This document shows, one piece after another, positions 46,214 to 55,963 of a DNA stretch of 64,000 nt. The DNA lies in the sequence record NC_048047.1. One strand, written 5' to 3'. Below the pieces are notes generated by a model. The model ran no database searches. It saw only the letters and a list, made by a program, of their open reading frames with translations, and had not been told where the DNA came from. A program made the translations under genes and the position numbers. Position 1 is the first letter of the stretch, and the number at the start of each line of letters is the position of its first letter.

Positions 46214-46687
46214 ATGGAAATCTACGTTGGCCTGCGTGACGATCTGGTTCAGGTCGGGACTCATTGGGAGGACGGGGAACCGGAGTTTGCCCGTGTCATC
46301 ACGGTCTATCTCCAGGCGCCTGACGGCTCCCGGATCATCCACGATTACCGGTTCACCACGCGCGGCCCCCAAACCCAGGATGGGGATGGGATGCCATGTT
46401 GGCCACAACTCGATATCGAGGCTGTCGTCACCGAGGCGCAAGCCTTCCGCGACAAGGTGGAAGCCCATCTCAAGGCTGGTGGCCGCATCAAGCGCGAGCA
46501 TTGGCGCGAGATCGATCCGGCCTACGGGTCCAGGGCCTATGCCGATCTCGACCAGTTCGGCTATTGGCGCGCCATCGAACGTCAAGGCTGGCGCGACCAT
46601 GGCGAGAACGTTCCGCCCGATCAGTGGGACGCCATCGCCGGTTTTGCCGAACCCAACGGCTGGCCCTTGCCAGACCTCTTTGCCTGA
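46214..46687 (+). CDS. cassette hypothetical protein
   Basis: GGAG RBS, terminator after the stop. Confidence 0.75.
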   Translation: MEIYVGLRDDLVQVGTHWEDGEPEFARVITVYLQAPDGSRIIHDYRFTTRGPQTQDGDGMPCWPQLDIEAVVTEAQAFRDKVEAHLKAGGRIKREHWREIDPAYGSRAYADLDQFGYWRAIERQGWRDHGENVPPDQWDAIAGFAEPNGWPLPDLFA

Positions 46688-46873
46688 TCCCAAGGCCCGC
46701 CTCCCCGGCGGGCCTTTTCTTGACCACCGCCTGGGGTTAACCTTAACGTCGCCTTAAGGTTAACCCGCCCAGGCCGGCGCCCAGGCGAAAAAGATTGCGA
46801 GAAACCTGTTGACACGCATGGAAGCCCTATGCGAGAACAGGGCACCAATTCAACGCCAGCCGGGAGACACCCC

Positions 46874-47455
46874 ATGGCCCTTGTCACCGAGTCCTTTGTC
46901 GTCGATATCGACTGCACCCGCGCCCTGACTGCCGCCGAGCGGCGAGGACTGGCCGGCGCCATCGCCCAGGTCCTGGGCGTCAATATTGATCGTGTCGAGC
47001 CCGAACCGGGCGGTTTCCTGACCGCCAATATCGGCCGCGTGCGCCCGGCCGGCATGGTCGGCGCCTCAGGTCAAGAGGCTCGGATCAAGACCGAGGCCCT
47101 GACCAGCCGCGACCATGACGCGCCCGTCGCCCTGACCCTGGAGGCTGGCGAGCGCGTCGATGTCATCGCCCGCTTCTACTGCATGGCCGATGCTGAGACC
47201 TATCTGAACGAAAACCCCGACATCGACCCGGTGTCGCTGAACCTGGGCTGCTATGGCATTGACGCGCCGTTTGGCGTGGCCAGCGACGCGGACGGCGACA
47301 AGCTCCTCTATGAGCTGGGCTATCGCCTGCACGCCACGGGCGGCGGGTCGTGGTCCTTCACCGATCCGAAGGGCTATCTCTGGGACGGCGGCGGCAAGCG
47401 TGAGGCCGTGGTCATGATCGCCCTGAAACAAGCCGCCGACGCCGAGGAGGCCTAA
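46874..47455 (+). CDS. cassette hypothetical protein
   Basis: promoter 46809, GGGAGACACC RBS. Confidence 0.75.
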   Translation: MALVTESFVVDIDCTRALTAAERRGLAGAIAQVLGVNIDRVEPEPGGFLTANIGRVRPAGMVGASGQEARIKTEALTSRDHDAPVALTLEAGERVDVIARFYCMADAETYLNENPDIDPVSLNLGCYGIDAPFGVASDADGDKLLYELGYRLHATGGGSWSFTDPKGYLWDGGGKREAVVMIALKQAADAEEA

Positions 47456-47459
47456 GACC

Positions 47460-47876
47460 ATGACCGGTTACACGATCAAGCTCGAAGTTCAGGTCAACCC
47501 GGCTGACAGCCTGGAGCAGGCGCGCAAGGACGTCGAGACCGCCATTATCAAGGCCGATCTTCCGGCCTGGATGGAATGGATGATCATCGACGCCGCGCCC
47601 CTGGCGCCGGTGATCGCGCCGGCCACGCGCTGGGCGACCTTCGTCGGTCAGGCCTGGATCAACGGCCACACGATGGAAGTGGACGACAGCCGCGTGAGCT
47701 ACGGTGTCACTGACGAGGAGTTTGACGAAAACGGCGGGGACGAGCCGGCCGACTTCGACGCCCTGGCCCAGGCCGCCCGCGCTCCCGACTGGGTGCGCAA
47801 CTGGTCAGGCCCCTTCGACATCTACATCTCGGACATTCCAGACGGGCAGGACCCGGATATTCCGGTTTTCGGCTAA
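47460..47876 (+). CDS. cassette hypothetical protein (acidic)
   Basis: GAGGAGG RBS. Confidence 0.75.
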   Translation: MTGYTIKLEVQVNPADSLEQARKDVETAIIKADLPAWMEWMIIDAAPLAPVIAPATRWATFVGQAWINGHTMEVDDSRVSYGVTDEEFDENGGDEPADFDALAQAARAPDWVRNWSGPFDIYISDIPDGQDPDIPVFG

Positions 47877-47945
47877 GGGTGCAAGAAAGCTGTTGACAGC
47901 ATAACAGCCCTATGCGAGAAAGGGTCATAGCAAGGAGACACCGCT

Positions 47946-48176
47946 ATGACCCCCAACCCGACCGAAGAGGGCAAGGCCGCCGCCCGCCAATGGCTGGCCA
48001 ACTCGACCAGCGAATGGGCGCCCGAGCCCAAGAACCCCTATCGCACCCTGGCCCGGTCGATGACCGCCCGCACCGACGAGGAACGCCGCTGGGACGCGGG
48101 CTATCAGCACATCCTCGACCTGGAATTCCCCGACGACGGCGCCGAGCAGCGCGCCGAACGCGCCTTTGGCTGCTAG
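47946..48176 (+). CDS. cassette hypothetical protein
   Basis: promoter 47893, AAGGAGA RBS. Confidence 0.75.
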   Translation: MTPNPTEEGKAAARQWLANSTSEWAPEPKNPYRTLARSMTARTDEERRWDAGYQHILDLEFPDDGAEQRAERAFGC

Positions 48177-48329
48177 AGAGGTCCGCCGGCTCACCCCGGC
48201 GGACTTTCCACCACCGCCCGGCGTTAACCTTAACGCCGCCTTAAGGTTACCCGCGAAAATAGTGCAAGAAAGCTGTTGACAGCATAGAGGCCCTATGCGA
48301 GAAAGGCTCATCGAAACGGGAGACACCCC

Positions 48330-48839
48330 ATGGACGACACCTATCCGCCCCTGACCCCCGGCCAGCAGGACGCCCTGGTCGCCTTCGCTGACCAGCATGG
48401 CGGCCTGGGCGAGGCCTGGAAGGAAGCCCTCGGCGACGCCTGGAGGACGTGCAGCGAGCCCGAGGCGCTCAAGGCCGACCTGCGGACCATCCGCAACACC
48501 TATGGCCCCTCCTGGCTCTATGATGAATACGCCTGGGGCTGGCGCCCGACCCTGCCGGCCTGGGAGCGCGCCGGGCGCTGGACCGACACCCCGCCCGAGC
48601 CGACGCCGGGCAAGGCCCGCTGGAGCGCCGCCTTCGACCCGCCGGCCATCGGCGAGCGCGTCCGGGTGACCACCAACGGCCTGGGCTGGGCCAAGGTCAC
48701 CGGCTACTTCGTCGAAGGCGACTGGCTGGGCGTGATCGTCAAGCTGGAGGCCCCGGCCGACTGGTATGTCAAACAGAACGGCGGCAACGTCCCCGGCCAC
48801 AGCTTCGGGACCGAGATCGCCCTGACCGACCCCGCGTGA
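48330..48839 (+). CDS. cassette hypothetical protein (two modules, C-terminal SH3-like)
   Basis: promoter 48276; LRTIRNTYGPSWL; PAIGERVRV. Confidence 0.75.
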   Translation: MDDTYPPLTPGQQDALVAFADQHGGLGEAWKEALGDAWRTCSEPEALKADLRTIRNTYGPSWLYDEYAWGWRPTLPAWERAGRWTDTPPEPTPGKARWSAAFDPPAIGERVRVTTNGLGWAKVTGYFVEGDWLGVIVKLEAPADWYVKQNGGNVPGHSFGTEIALTDPA

Positions 48840-49020
48840 CCTGGGCGGCCCTGGCTGGGAGACCAGCCGGGGCGACGCCTTGGCCGGCGCGGTTAACCTT
48901 AAGGCCGCGTTAAGGTTAACCGCCCGCGCCCTCCGCCCGGCGAAAGAAAATGCAAGAAAGCTGTTGACACGCATCCGAGACCTATGCGAGAAAGGCGCAT
49001 CGAACAACGGAGGCCCTTCC

Positions 49021-49863
49021 ATGGCCAAGCTTTTCAGCGATCTCCAAGACCTTGCCACCTCGACCTATGTCGTGCGCATCGTCGACAATGGCGGCGAGAG
49101 CGCCGACCGTTACACGATCGTCACCGCCGATGGCGACTATTACGCCTACAGCGCCAATCCCTCCCATCCCCAAGGCGTGGGCCTGAGCGGCGAGGGCATC
49201 GACCCGCAAGTTCTGGCCGACTGGGTAGAGCGCGGGCAGGCCATCGACCTGACCATCGGCGAACTACCCGAGGGCGCCGCCCGCTGCCTGCTGGCGTCGA
49301 TCAACGCCAGCGTCGAGGACTTCCTGGCCGCTGTCCTGGACCCGACGTCCAACGCCGTGGCCCCGACCCGCGAAAAGGCGGAGATCAACGAGGGCGTCAT
49401 GGATTGCTTCGGCAAGGGCATCTATCGTGTCGGCGAGGGTTTCGCCGTGCGTATGGATGGCATGGACGCGGGCGATGATCGCGGACCGTTCATGACCGCT
49501 GTCGATGCGGTCAAGGCCACCCTCCCCGATGAATACGCCTGGGCGGGCGAGGAATACCTGTCGCCGCGCGACATGACCAAGGTCACGCCCGAAGCCAAGC
49601 CGCTCGTCTTGGTTCACGCCCTGGAGGCCATTCGCGACTATGAATATCAGCGCGACACACCCGGCGCGTTTTTCGACGGCCTGCACAAGGACGACACTGA
49701 CGCGGGCCTGGGCATCGTGCGCCGCACGCGCTACCTGTCCAAGGTCACCGGTGATGCGACCATCGTCGGGCTGATCGGCGAGGCGCCGGCTTTCGCCCTG
49801 GCCCATGCGTGCCTCGACCAACTGTGGACCCTGGCGCAAGAGCGTTGGGAGGCGGGCCAGTGA
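49021..49863 (+). CDS. cassette hypothetical protein
   Basis: promoter 48964; DNGGESADRYTIV, NPSHPQGVG. Confidence 0.8.
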   Translation: MAKLFSDLQDLATSTYVVRIVDNGGESADRYTIVTADGDYYAYSANPSHPQGVGLSGEGIDPQVLADWVERGQAIDLTIGELPEGAARCLLASINASVEDFLAAVLDPTSNAVAPTREKAEINEGVMDCFGKGIYRVGEGFAVRMDGMDAGDDRGPFMTAVDAVKATLPDEYAWAGEEYLSPRDMTKVTPEAKPLVLVHALEAIRDYEYQRDTPGAFFDGLHKDDTDAGLGIVRRTRYLSKVTGDATIVGLIGEAPAFALAHACLDQLWTLAQERWEAGQ

Positions 49864-50099
49864 GCGCCCGCGAACGCCGCGCCCTCGCCGAACTGCTGGC
49901 CCTCTTCCATGCCGTCAATAGCGGCCATGTCAAGGGCCGCAACCCCTACGCCTTCCCGGCCGTCAAGCTCGCCAACGCGGCGTTGACGGGCGATCCGCTG
50001 GACGGGGGATTCCACGTCGCCGAAGCGCTGGACACCCTGCGCACGTCCGATGGCAAGGCGCTGCTATTCGACACCGAATTTCCCGAAGAAAGCGGTTGA
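49860..50099 (+). CDS. cassette hypothetical protein
   Basis: GTGA coupling; stop lies in the next -35 box. Confidence 0.65.
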   Translation: MSARERRALAELLALFHAVNSGHVKGRNPYAFPAVKLANAALTGDPLDGGFHVAEALDTLRTSDGKALLFDTEFPEESG

Positions 50100-50150
50100 C
50101 AGCATAAGGGGCCTATGCGAGAAAGGGTCATCAACGGAGACACCCCGCCC

Positions 50151-50291
50151 ATGTGGACCGACAAGACGTTCAAGACCCGGACCGCCAAGGAGGCCTGGAT
50201 CGCCCGCAACGAAGACCGCTATCAGATCGTCGAGATCGTGGTCTGCAACGCTTACGGCGTGTCCTACAAGCCCCTGCGACGCGTCTACTAG
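50151..50291 (+). CDS. 46-aa cassette protein
   Basis: promoter 50096, GGAGACACC RBS; translated by hand. Confidence 0.65.
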   Translation: MWTDKTFKTRTAKEAWIARNEDRYQIVEIVVCNAYGVSYKPLRRVY

Positions 50292-50302
50292 GAGACCCGC
50301 CC

Positions 50303-50494
50303 ATGATCCCCGACTCGGTCCGCAACCCCAAGGACCACTGGACCCCCATCGCCACCCGCGCCGAGGCGGACGCCCTGGCCTTCCGCTACAACCAAGACGA
50401 CGACGGCCCCGGCCTCTACGAGGTCCACGAAAAGGGCGCGACCTTCGCCATCGCCTACTATGACGAAGACGGCGTGTTCTGCGCCTACGTCTAG
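50303..50494 (+). CDS. cassette hypothetical protein
   Basis: AGGAGA RBS, terminator after. Confidence 0.7.
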   Translation: MIPDSVRNPKDHWTPIATRAEADALAFRYNQDDDGPGLYEVHEKGATFAIAYYDEDGVFCAYV

Positions 50495-50683
50495 CCGTCA
50501 CCTCGTCACCTTGAAGGCCGGCGCCGCTCTCCTGGCGCCGGCCTTTTCTTTGCGCCCGGCCGCCCGGTTAATCTTAAGGCGGCGTTAAGGTTAACCCGCC
50601 GCATCCCGCCCTGATGCAAAAAACCTGTTGACACGCATGGAAGCCCTATGCGAGAAAGACGACGAACACGGGAGACACCCCTT

Positions 50684-51688
50684 ATGACCACCGCCACCAT
50701 CGCCGGCGCCGAACACACGATGATCGGACAAGCCGCCTACCGCTCCACCCAGCGCCCGCATCAAGTGCAGGACATGGCCTATGGCGCGTTCCCGGCCGCC
50801 ACGTCGGACTCGCCCTTCGCCGTCAAGCCTGCCTGCGGCAAGACCCCGAGCGCGCGCGTGCTGGAGGACTTCGACCCCGCCGACGTCTTCACCATCAAGC
50901 CGCGTGATCGCGGCGACGGCTTCCTTGCGGTCGCCAACTTCGGCGGCTCTGAGGTGTCGTGGATCAGCGTCGCCGGCTATGGCGACACCGAAGACGCCGC
51001 GCGCGCCAACCTCATGGCCAAGTTCATCGACGATCGCGACGGCAAGAGCAAGTTTGGCCCCCATGAGCCGCTCAAGGGCTATGACTGGTCCTATAAGCTG
51101 GCGCCCTATTGGGACATGCTGGAGCGCGAGGCCGCCATTCGCCAGCCCTTCAAGCGCACGCTCTACCTGGGCAAGCTGAAGTCGGGCCGCCCCAATCCCA
51201 AGGGCTTTGACGTGTTCGTCGATGTCGAATGGACCGGCGAGCGCCTGAGTCTGTCGGGCGTCATCGGCCCCAAGGCCAATGGCAACGCCTGGGGCGGCTG
51301 TGGTCAGATCGTCGGCAGTCTTGCGCGCAAGGACTTTCTGGAGTTCGCCCCGTCCTGGCATTATGGCTCGGCCCTTGACGGTCTGGTCAAGGCCTGGACC
51401 CGCTGGCACCTGAACGACATGCGCGCCGGCACGCCTCGCCAGCAAGAACACCTGCGAGGCTATCAGGCCAAGCGCAACATTGAGCAGGCCAAGGCCGCCG
51501 GCGCCCACCATCTCGACGCCACCCGCGCCGAACTGGCGCGCGTCCATCTGGAGCCCGACACCTGGGAGCGCCGCAACGGCCGGCCCTATAGCTACGGCTC
51601 CGCATGGTTGCGCGAGGAGGTCCCCACCTTCGTTCTCGACTTCCTGCGCAATCTCCCCGCCCCCGTCAAAACCAGCCCCTGGAGGTAA
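50684..51688 (+). CDS. cassette hypothetical protein
   Basis: promoter 50628; WTRWHLNDMRAGT, YSYGSAWLREEVP. Confidence 0.8.
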   Translation: MTTATIAGAEHTMIGQAAYRSTQRPHQVQDMAYGAFPAATSDSPFAVKPACGKTPSARVLEDFDPADVFTIKPRDRGDGFLAVANFGGSEVSWISVAGYGDTEDAARANLMAKFIDDRDGKSKFGPHEPLKGYDWSYKLAPYWDMLEREAAIRQPFKRTLYLGKLKSGRPNPKGFDVFVDVEWTGERLSLSGVIGPKANGNAWGGCGQIVGSLARKDFLEFAPSWHYGSALDGLVKAWTRWHLNDMRAGTPRQQEHLRGYQAKRNIEQAKAAGAHHLDATRAELARVHLEPDTWERRNGRPYSYGSAWLREEVPTFVLDFLRNLPAPVKTSPWR

Positions 51689-51695
51689 CCCGCCC

Positions 51696-52130
51696 ATGGC
51701 CATCAACACCGCCGGCCTCGTCGGCAAGCTCAAGGAAGCCCTGGCCAGCGCGCCGAACCTGACCCTTTGGGCCAAGGAACGCGGCCTCTTCCACCAGAAC
51801 GTTTCGGCCGCCGCGCGCGGCGACACCGTGCCGCAAGACAGCATCGCCAAGGCCCTGGGCTATCGGCGCGTCCACGTCCAAGCCTATCTGGCGCCCGGCG
51901 AGGCCCTGCCGCTTCTGCCGCCCGGCTGGGAGGAAGTGGTTCCGGGCTCGGCGACCCCGGTCGACTGGAAGCCGCGCGACAAGACCGCCGAGCCGGCTCA
52001 TCGCCGCGTTGGCTCGCCTGAGCAAATGGCGCGCGCCCGCTCGCTTCGCCGGCAGGAAGACCCCGAGGCCGTGGCGGCGGTGCAGGAAGCCCTTGCCGAC
52101 GCCAAGGCCAAGCTGCGAAAAACCGGTTGA
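51696..52130 (+). CDS. Cro/XRE-like HTH protein
   Basis: GGAGG RBS; LTLWAKERGLFHQNVSAAARGDTVPQDSIAKALGY. Confidence 0.6.
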   Translation: MAINTAGLVGKLKEALASAPNLTLWAKERGLFHQNVSAAARGDTVPQDSIAKALGYRRVHVQAYLAPGEALPLLPPGWEEVVPGSATPVDWKPRDKTAEPAHRRVGSPEQMARARSLRRQEDPEAVAAVQEALADAKAKLRKTG

Positions 52131-52181
52131 CAGCATAAGGCGGCTATGCGAGAAAGGCTCATCACTTTCTGGAGCAAGCCC

Positions 52182-52391
52182 ATGGCCGCCTTCCTGATCA
52201 ACACCGATCTCAACGCCCTGGTCGAGGACATCGCCTATGACGTCGAGATGGAAGACCGCGCCGCCGAGGAACTCGATGGCATGGACTTTGGCGACCGCTG
52301 CTATTACGGCGACCGCGCCTATCATGGCCAGCTTGAGCTTGCCCGGATCATCGAAGCGGCCACCGCCGCCCATCCCATCCTGTACGCCTAG
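52182..52391 (+). CDS. cassette acidic hypothetical protein
   Basis: promoter 52127. Confidence 0.7.
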   Translation: MAAFLINTDLNALVEDIAYDVEMEDRAAEELDGMDFGDRCYYGDRAYHGQLELARIIEAATAAHPILYA

Positions 52392-52406
52392 CAGAGGAGG
52401 CGCCGC

Positions 52407-52619
52407 TTGACCCGTTACCGCACCGACTACAGCCAAGACGACGGCAAGACCGTCATTATCGAGGAAGGCCTGACCCGGACCGAGGCCATGCAAAAGGCCG
52501 CGATCCTGTCGCGCAAGCACGGGACCGCCTACGCCGTCGCCTCCGACGACAAGGGCCGCGACACTGGCCAAAGGGTCTATGCTGACGGCCGGTTCAGCTA
52601 CCAAGACGACAAGTTCTAA
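52407..52619 (+). CDS. cassette hypothetical protein
   Basis: GAGGAGG RBS, TTG start. Confidence 0.7.
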   Translation: MTRYRTDYSQDDGKTVIIEEGLTRTEAMQKAAILSRKHGTAYAVASDDKGRDTGQRVYADGRFSYQDDKF

Positions 52620-52778
52620 GGCAAGAGGCCCGGAGCGATCCGGGCCTCTTGTCTGTCCCGAGCCGCCCGTTAACCTTAACCCCCTGGGACGGGGCGTTAA
52701 CCGAACAATCTGCAAGAAACCTGTTGACACGCATCTGAGGCCTATGCGAGAAAGGCTCATCGAACAACGGAGGACGTC

Positions 52779-53486
52779 ATGTCCAAAACGTCTATTGATC
52801 CTGTGATCGCCCAAGCCCTCGCCGAACTGCGCCAAGGCCCGGTCATGGTCGATCATGGCCCCCAAGACCGCACCCAAGTCGTGAGCTTCGGCGCGACCCA
52901 AGCCCGGATGGCCAATGTCGCCCTCACGATCGAACAAGCCCTGTCGCAAAGCCCCGCGCCCTACGCCCTGGGCTGGTTGCTGGTCACTGAATATGACCGC
53001 CTGGGCGACAATTGGGGTGGCTTTCTGGGCGGCCCTCTCGATGAGGGGCAAACCCTCAAGGACGCTGACGAGGTGCTGGCGTGGTTCCGCGCCACCTTCC
53101 CCGAGGACCCGGAAGGCTTTGCCGGGCAGATGGCCGGCGCCCTGCCCAATGACGAGACCCGCGCCAAGATCGAAGCCGGCTACGCCGAGGCCCTGGCCAT
53201 CAAGGACACGGTCGCGCCCCTGGCCAATATCGGTTCGGCCGAGGCGGTCGCCGACATGATGTCCACCATGTTCGGCTCTGCTGTCAACGCTGCTCAGGCC
53301 CTGGGCTATCTCGTCACCACCCTGGGCGCGGGCCGCTTCGGCGTCACCCATGACGACGGCGCCACCCTGGCCACGCGCCTGGAAATCGACCACCCGACCC
53401 AAGAGGCCGCCGCCCGCGCCGCCCTGGTCTACCATGTCCAGCACCTGCAAGCCGACACCCTGGCGCTGGCCAATCTGAAGGACTGA
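52779..53486 (+). CDS. cassette hypothetical protein
   Basis: promoter 52724, GGAGGA RBS. Confidence 0.75.
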   Translation: MSKTSIDPVIAQALAELRQGPVMVDHGPQDRTQVVSFGATQARMANVALTIEQALSQSPAPYALGWLLVTEYDRLGDNWGGFLGGPLDEGQTLKDADEVLAWFRATFPEDPEGFAGQMAGALPNDETRAKIEAGYAEALAIKDTVAPLANIGSAEAVADMMSTMFGSAVNAAQALGYLVTTLGAGRFGVTHDDGATLATRLEIDHPTQEAAARAALVYHVQHLQADTLALANLKD

Positions 53487-53488
53487 CC

Positions 53489-54115
53489 ATGACCGCCGCC
53501 GCCTCTCTCTTCGAACAAGCCCAGATCGAAGCCGCGCAAGCCGCGATCGATCTCAACACCGCCAAGGTCGGGCTGGAAACCGAGGACTCCAGCCCTGGAA
53601 CCGACCTCTTCCACCTGCTGGGCTCGCTGCTGACCTGGGCGGACGCCTGGGGCGTGGACTTCGACGACATCCTGTCTCAGGTCCGCGAGCCGGTGAACGT
53701 CACCACGACCCTGACCCGCAATGATCCGGCGACCTATGGCCAAGATCAGCGGTTCGCCGCCATCCTGGCCAATCTCGACCAGCGCAATACCCCTTCCGTG
53801 CCGGTCCTGACCCGTGATGAGGCCGAAACCGAGGCCATGCGCGATCTCGCCGCCGTGGTCGGCAAGGTGATCAAGGTCCACGACATCACCGGCTATTTCG
53901 GCGAGACGGGCCAAGAGGACTTGCGCCCCCATGAAGGCGCGCCGGCCTTTTCGGTGATCGTCCTGCCGTCTGAGCGCGGCGATGTCATCCACTGGAATGA
54001 CGAGCATCTGGACGTGCGCTGGAACGTCACCCCCGCGCCGGGCGAAACCCGCCTCTATGAACTGCGCTCGCTGTGGGTGTTTGGGCGCGGCTACGTCGTC
54101 GAGAAGGAGGGCTAA
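53489..54115 (+). CDS. cassette hypothetical protein
   Basis: AAGGA RBS; DLFHLLGSLLTWAD. Confidence 0.75.
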   Translation: MTAAASLFEQAQIEAAQAAIDLNTAKVGLETEDSSPGTDLFHLLGSLLTWADAWGVDFDDILSQVREPVNVTTTLTRNDPATYGQDQRFAAILANLDQRNTPSVPVLTRDEAETEAMRDLAAVVGKVIKVHDITGYFGETGQEDLRPHEGAPAFSVIVLPSERGDVIHWNDEHLDVRWNVTPAPGETRLYELRSLWVFGRGYVVEKEG

Positions 54116-54118
54116 GGC

Positions 54119-54439
54119 ATGGCCATGCCCCTGGGCTTGCGGACCACCGCCACGAGCTACGCCATCGACGTGGATGATGACCAGTTCCTGGCCATGATCC
54201 AGGCCGAGAGCTACAAGGGCGGCGACTTCGAACCGACCCTGTTCGACAAGCTGCAAAAGACCGACGCCCGCGACATCGAGTATAACGGCCACTTCGGCGC
54301 GTCCGTCTATTTCACCCTCAACGAGGAGGACGACACGCCCGCCCTCCGCGCCGAACTCGCCCGGCTGATCGCCGAACACCTCACCCTCTGTGTCGCCCAC
54401 ATGGCGACCTACGACAAGGACGCGCCCGATGCTGACTGA
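54119..54439 (+). CDS. cassette acidic hypothetical protein
   Basis: GGAGG RBS; DIEYNGHFGASVYF. Confidence 0.75.
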   Translation: MAMPLGLRTTATSYAIDVDDDQFLAMIQAESYKGGDFEPTLFDKLQKTDARDIEYNGHFGASVYFTLNEEDDTPALRAELARLIAEHLTLCVAHMATYDKDAPDAD

Positions 54440-54728
54440 GGCCTCCATTCGTCTCGCCCCGTCCGACCTGCAAACGACCTTCGTCGTGGTCGGCAAGGTG
54501 CATCTGCATTTCTTCCTGACCACCCTGGTGGGCTTTCGCTGTCCGCGCCTGGGCGCGGTGCGCAACCCCGAGGGCCACAACGCCGGCGCCCGCGCCAAGG
54601 CCCATCTCCAGGCCCTGGGCTACTACGCCGAGGGCACGGGTAAAACCGCCACCGAAGAAGACTTTCAGCGCCTCGCCATGGCCGCGCTCGCCGGCTCCAG
54701 TGGTCCTGACTATCTCCTGTTGAGATAA
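54429..54728 (+). CDS. cassette hypothetical protein
   Basis: AAGGA RBS, overlap. Confidence 0.65.
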   Translation: MLTEASIRLAPSDLQTTFVVVGKVHLHFFLTTLVGFRCPRLGAVRNPEGHNAGARAKAHLQALGYYAEGTGKTATEEDFQRLAMAALAGSSGPDYLLLR

Positions 54729-54844
54729 GACCGCCTCCCACGTCTAGGGCTGTCACGAATCCCCCCATCTATGACAGCCCAGACGCCCGTTTAGTCTTCC
54801 CTGTACTCTATTGCGCCAGTATCGGCGCGGAAAGTGATGCGCCT

Positions 54845-54907
54845 ATGAAGCTCCTCGAAGGTGGCGGACTGCTGGCCCTGTGCTTCCTTTTCTGGCTCCT
54901 CCACTGA
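54845..54907 (+). CDS. 20-aa hydrophobic peptide MKLLEGGGLLALCFLFWLLH (copy 1)
   Basis: same protein sequence as 58497..58559 with only synonymous differences. Confidence 0.75.
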   Translation: MKLLEGGGLLALCFLFWLLH

Positions 54908-54971
54908 CAAGGCTGTTGACAGCATAAAGGCACTATGCGAAAAGGGGTCATCGCCACCGGAGACACCCGCG

Positions 54972-55238
54972 ATGACCGAATATGACGACTACGGCCAAGA
55001 CGCCTATTTCGACCACCTCCACGATCAGGCCGTCGATGAGGCTTTCGAGCGCCACGCCGACGACGCCTATGAGGACGACCTAGGCGACGAGGACCCCGAC
55101 CTCGAAATCCCCGATGAGGAAGACGAGGAGGAGGGCCTTCGCCGGGCCGAAGGGCTCATGCCCTGGGCGACCCCCGAAGGCGTCGAGCCTGGGCAGTTCC
55201 CGCGCCGGGCCTATGACGACGACGAAATCCCGTTCTGA
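54972..55238 (+). CDS. 88-aa highly acidic protein with SSB-like C-terminal tip (DDDEIPF)
   Basis: promoter 54916; about 33 of 88 residues D/E; ends YDDDEIPF. Confidence 0.75.
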   Translation: MTEYDDYGQDAYFDHLHDQAVDEAFERHADDAYEDDLGDEDPDLEIPDEEDEEEGLRRAEGLMPWATPEGVEPGQFPRRAYDDDEIPF

Positions 55239-55444
55239 TCTCCTCCCTTCGAAAGGCCCCGCGCGGGCCTTTCTTTTTGCCCCGCGCCTGGGGTTAACCT
55301 TAAGGCGGCGTTAAGGTTAACCCGGACCATTTTTCGTCTTTTGTGTCGGGCCATTTTTCGCTTTTCGTGTCGAGGTGCAAGAAAGCTGTTGACAGCATAA
55401 AAGCCCTATGCGAGAAAGGCTCATCGCAACCAAGGAGCCCGACC

Positions 55445-55636
55445 ATGGGTCTCAAGATCGAAATCGACACCGGCAACGACGCCTTTCAGGGTGTGGCCGG
55501 CGAGCACTGCGCCAGCCTCCTGCATGAGGTGGCCCGCAAGCTCGACCAAGGCGCCCGCGCCGGCAATATCTACGACGGCAACGGCAACAAGGTCGGGACC
55601 TACGAACTCGACCACACCGACGCCCCGGAGTCGTAA
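55445..55636 (+). CDS. cassette conserved phage protein
   Basis: promoter 55389; KIEIDTGNDAF...YDGNGNKVG. Confidence 0.75.
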   Translation: MGLKIEIDTGNDAFQGVAGEHCASLLHEVARKLDQGARAGNIYDGNGNKVGTYELDHTDAPES

Positions 55637-55639
55637 GCC

Positions 55640-55963
55640 ATGGCCTATTTCGACGTCATCACCACGGTGCGCGTTGAGGTCGAGGACATCCCCGATCTCT
55701 TCGCCGCCGCCCTGGCGCGCGCGGTCAAGGACGGCATGGAAGAGGGCGACGCCCGCGACCTGCTGACCAACTCCGACCCCCTGGGCCGCCCCGACATCAA
55801 GTCGTGCCTGATCATGCTGTTTGATCCGGGCGTGAGCCCGGACGGCACGTCGATCAGCGGCACGGAAGTCCAGCGCCCCGACATGGACGAAGACGACGCC
55901 ATGGACGCCTACGAGGACGCCCACGGCGAAGACGAGGAAGGCGACGGCGATGACGAGGACTAA
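55640..55963 (+). CDS. cassette acidic protein
   Basis: D/E-rich tail. Confidence 0.7.
   Translation: MAYFDVITTVRVEVEDIPDLFAAALARAVKDGMEEGDARDLLTNSDPLGRPDIKSCLIMLFDPGVSPDGTSISGTEVQRPDMDEDDAMDAYEDAHGEDEEGDGDDED

Noticed and set aside
51666-53450. 594-aa minus-strand ORF
   Set aside because: Antisense shadow of several well-supported plus-strand genes; it crosses promoters and a terminator and has no recognisable motifs.
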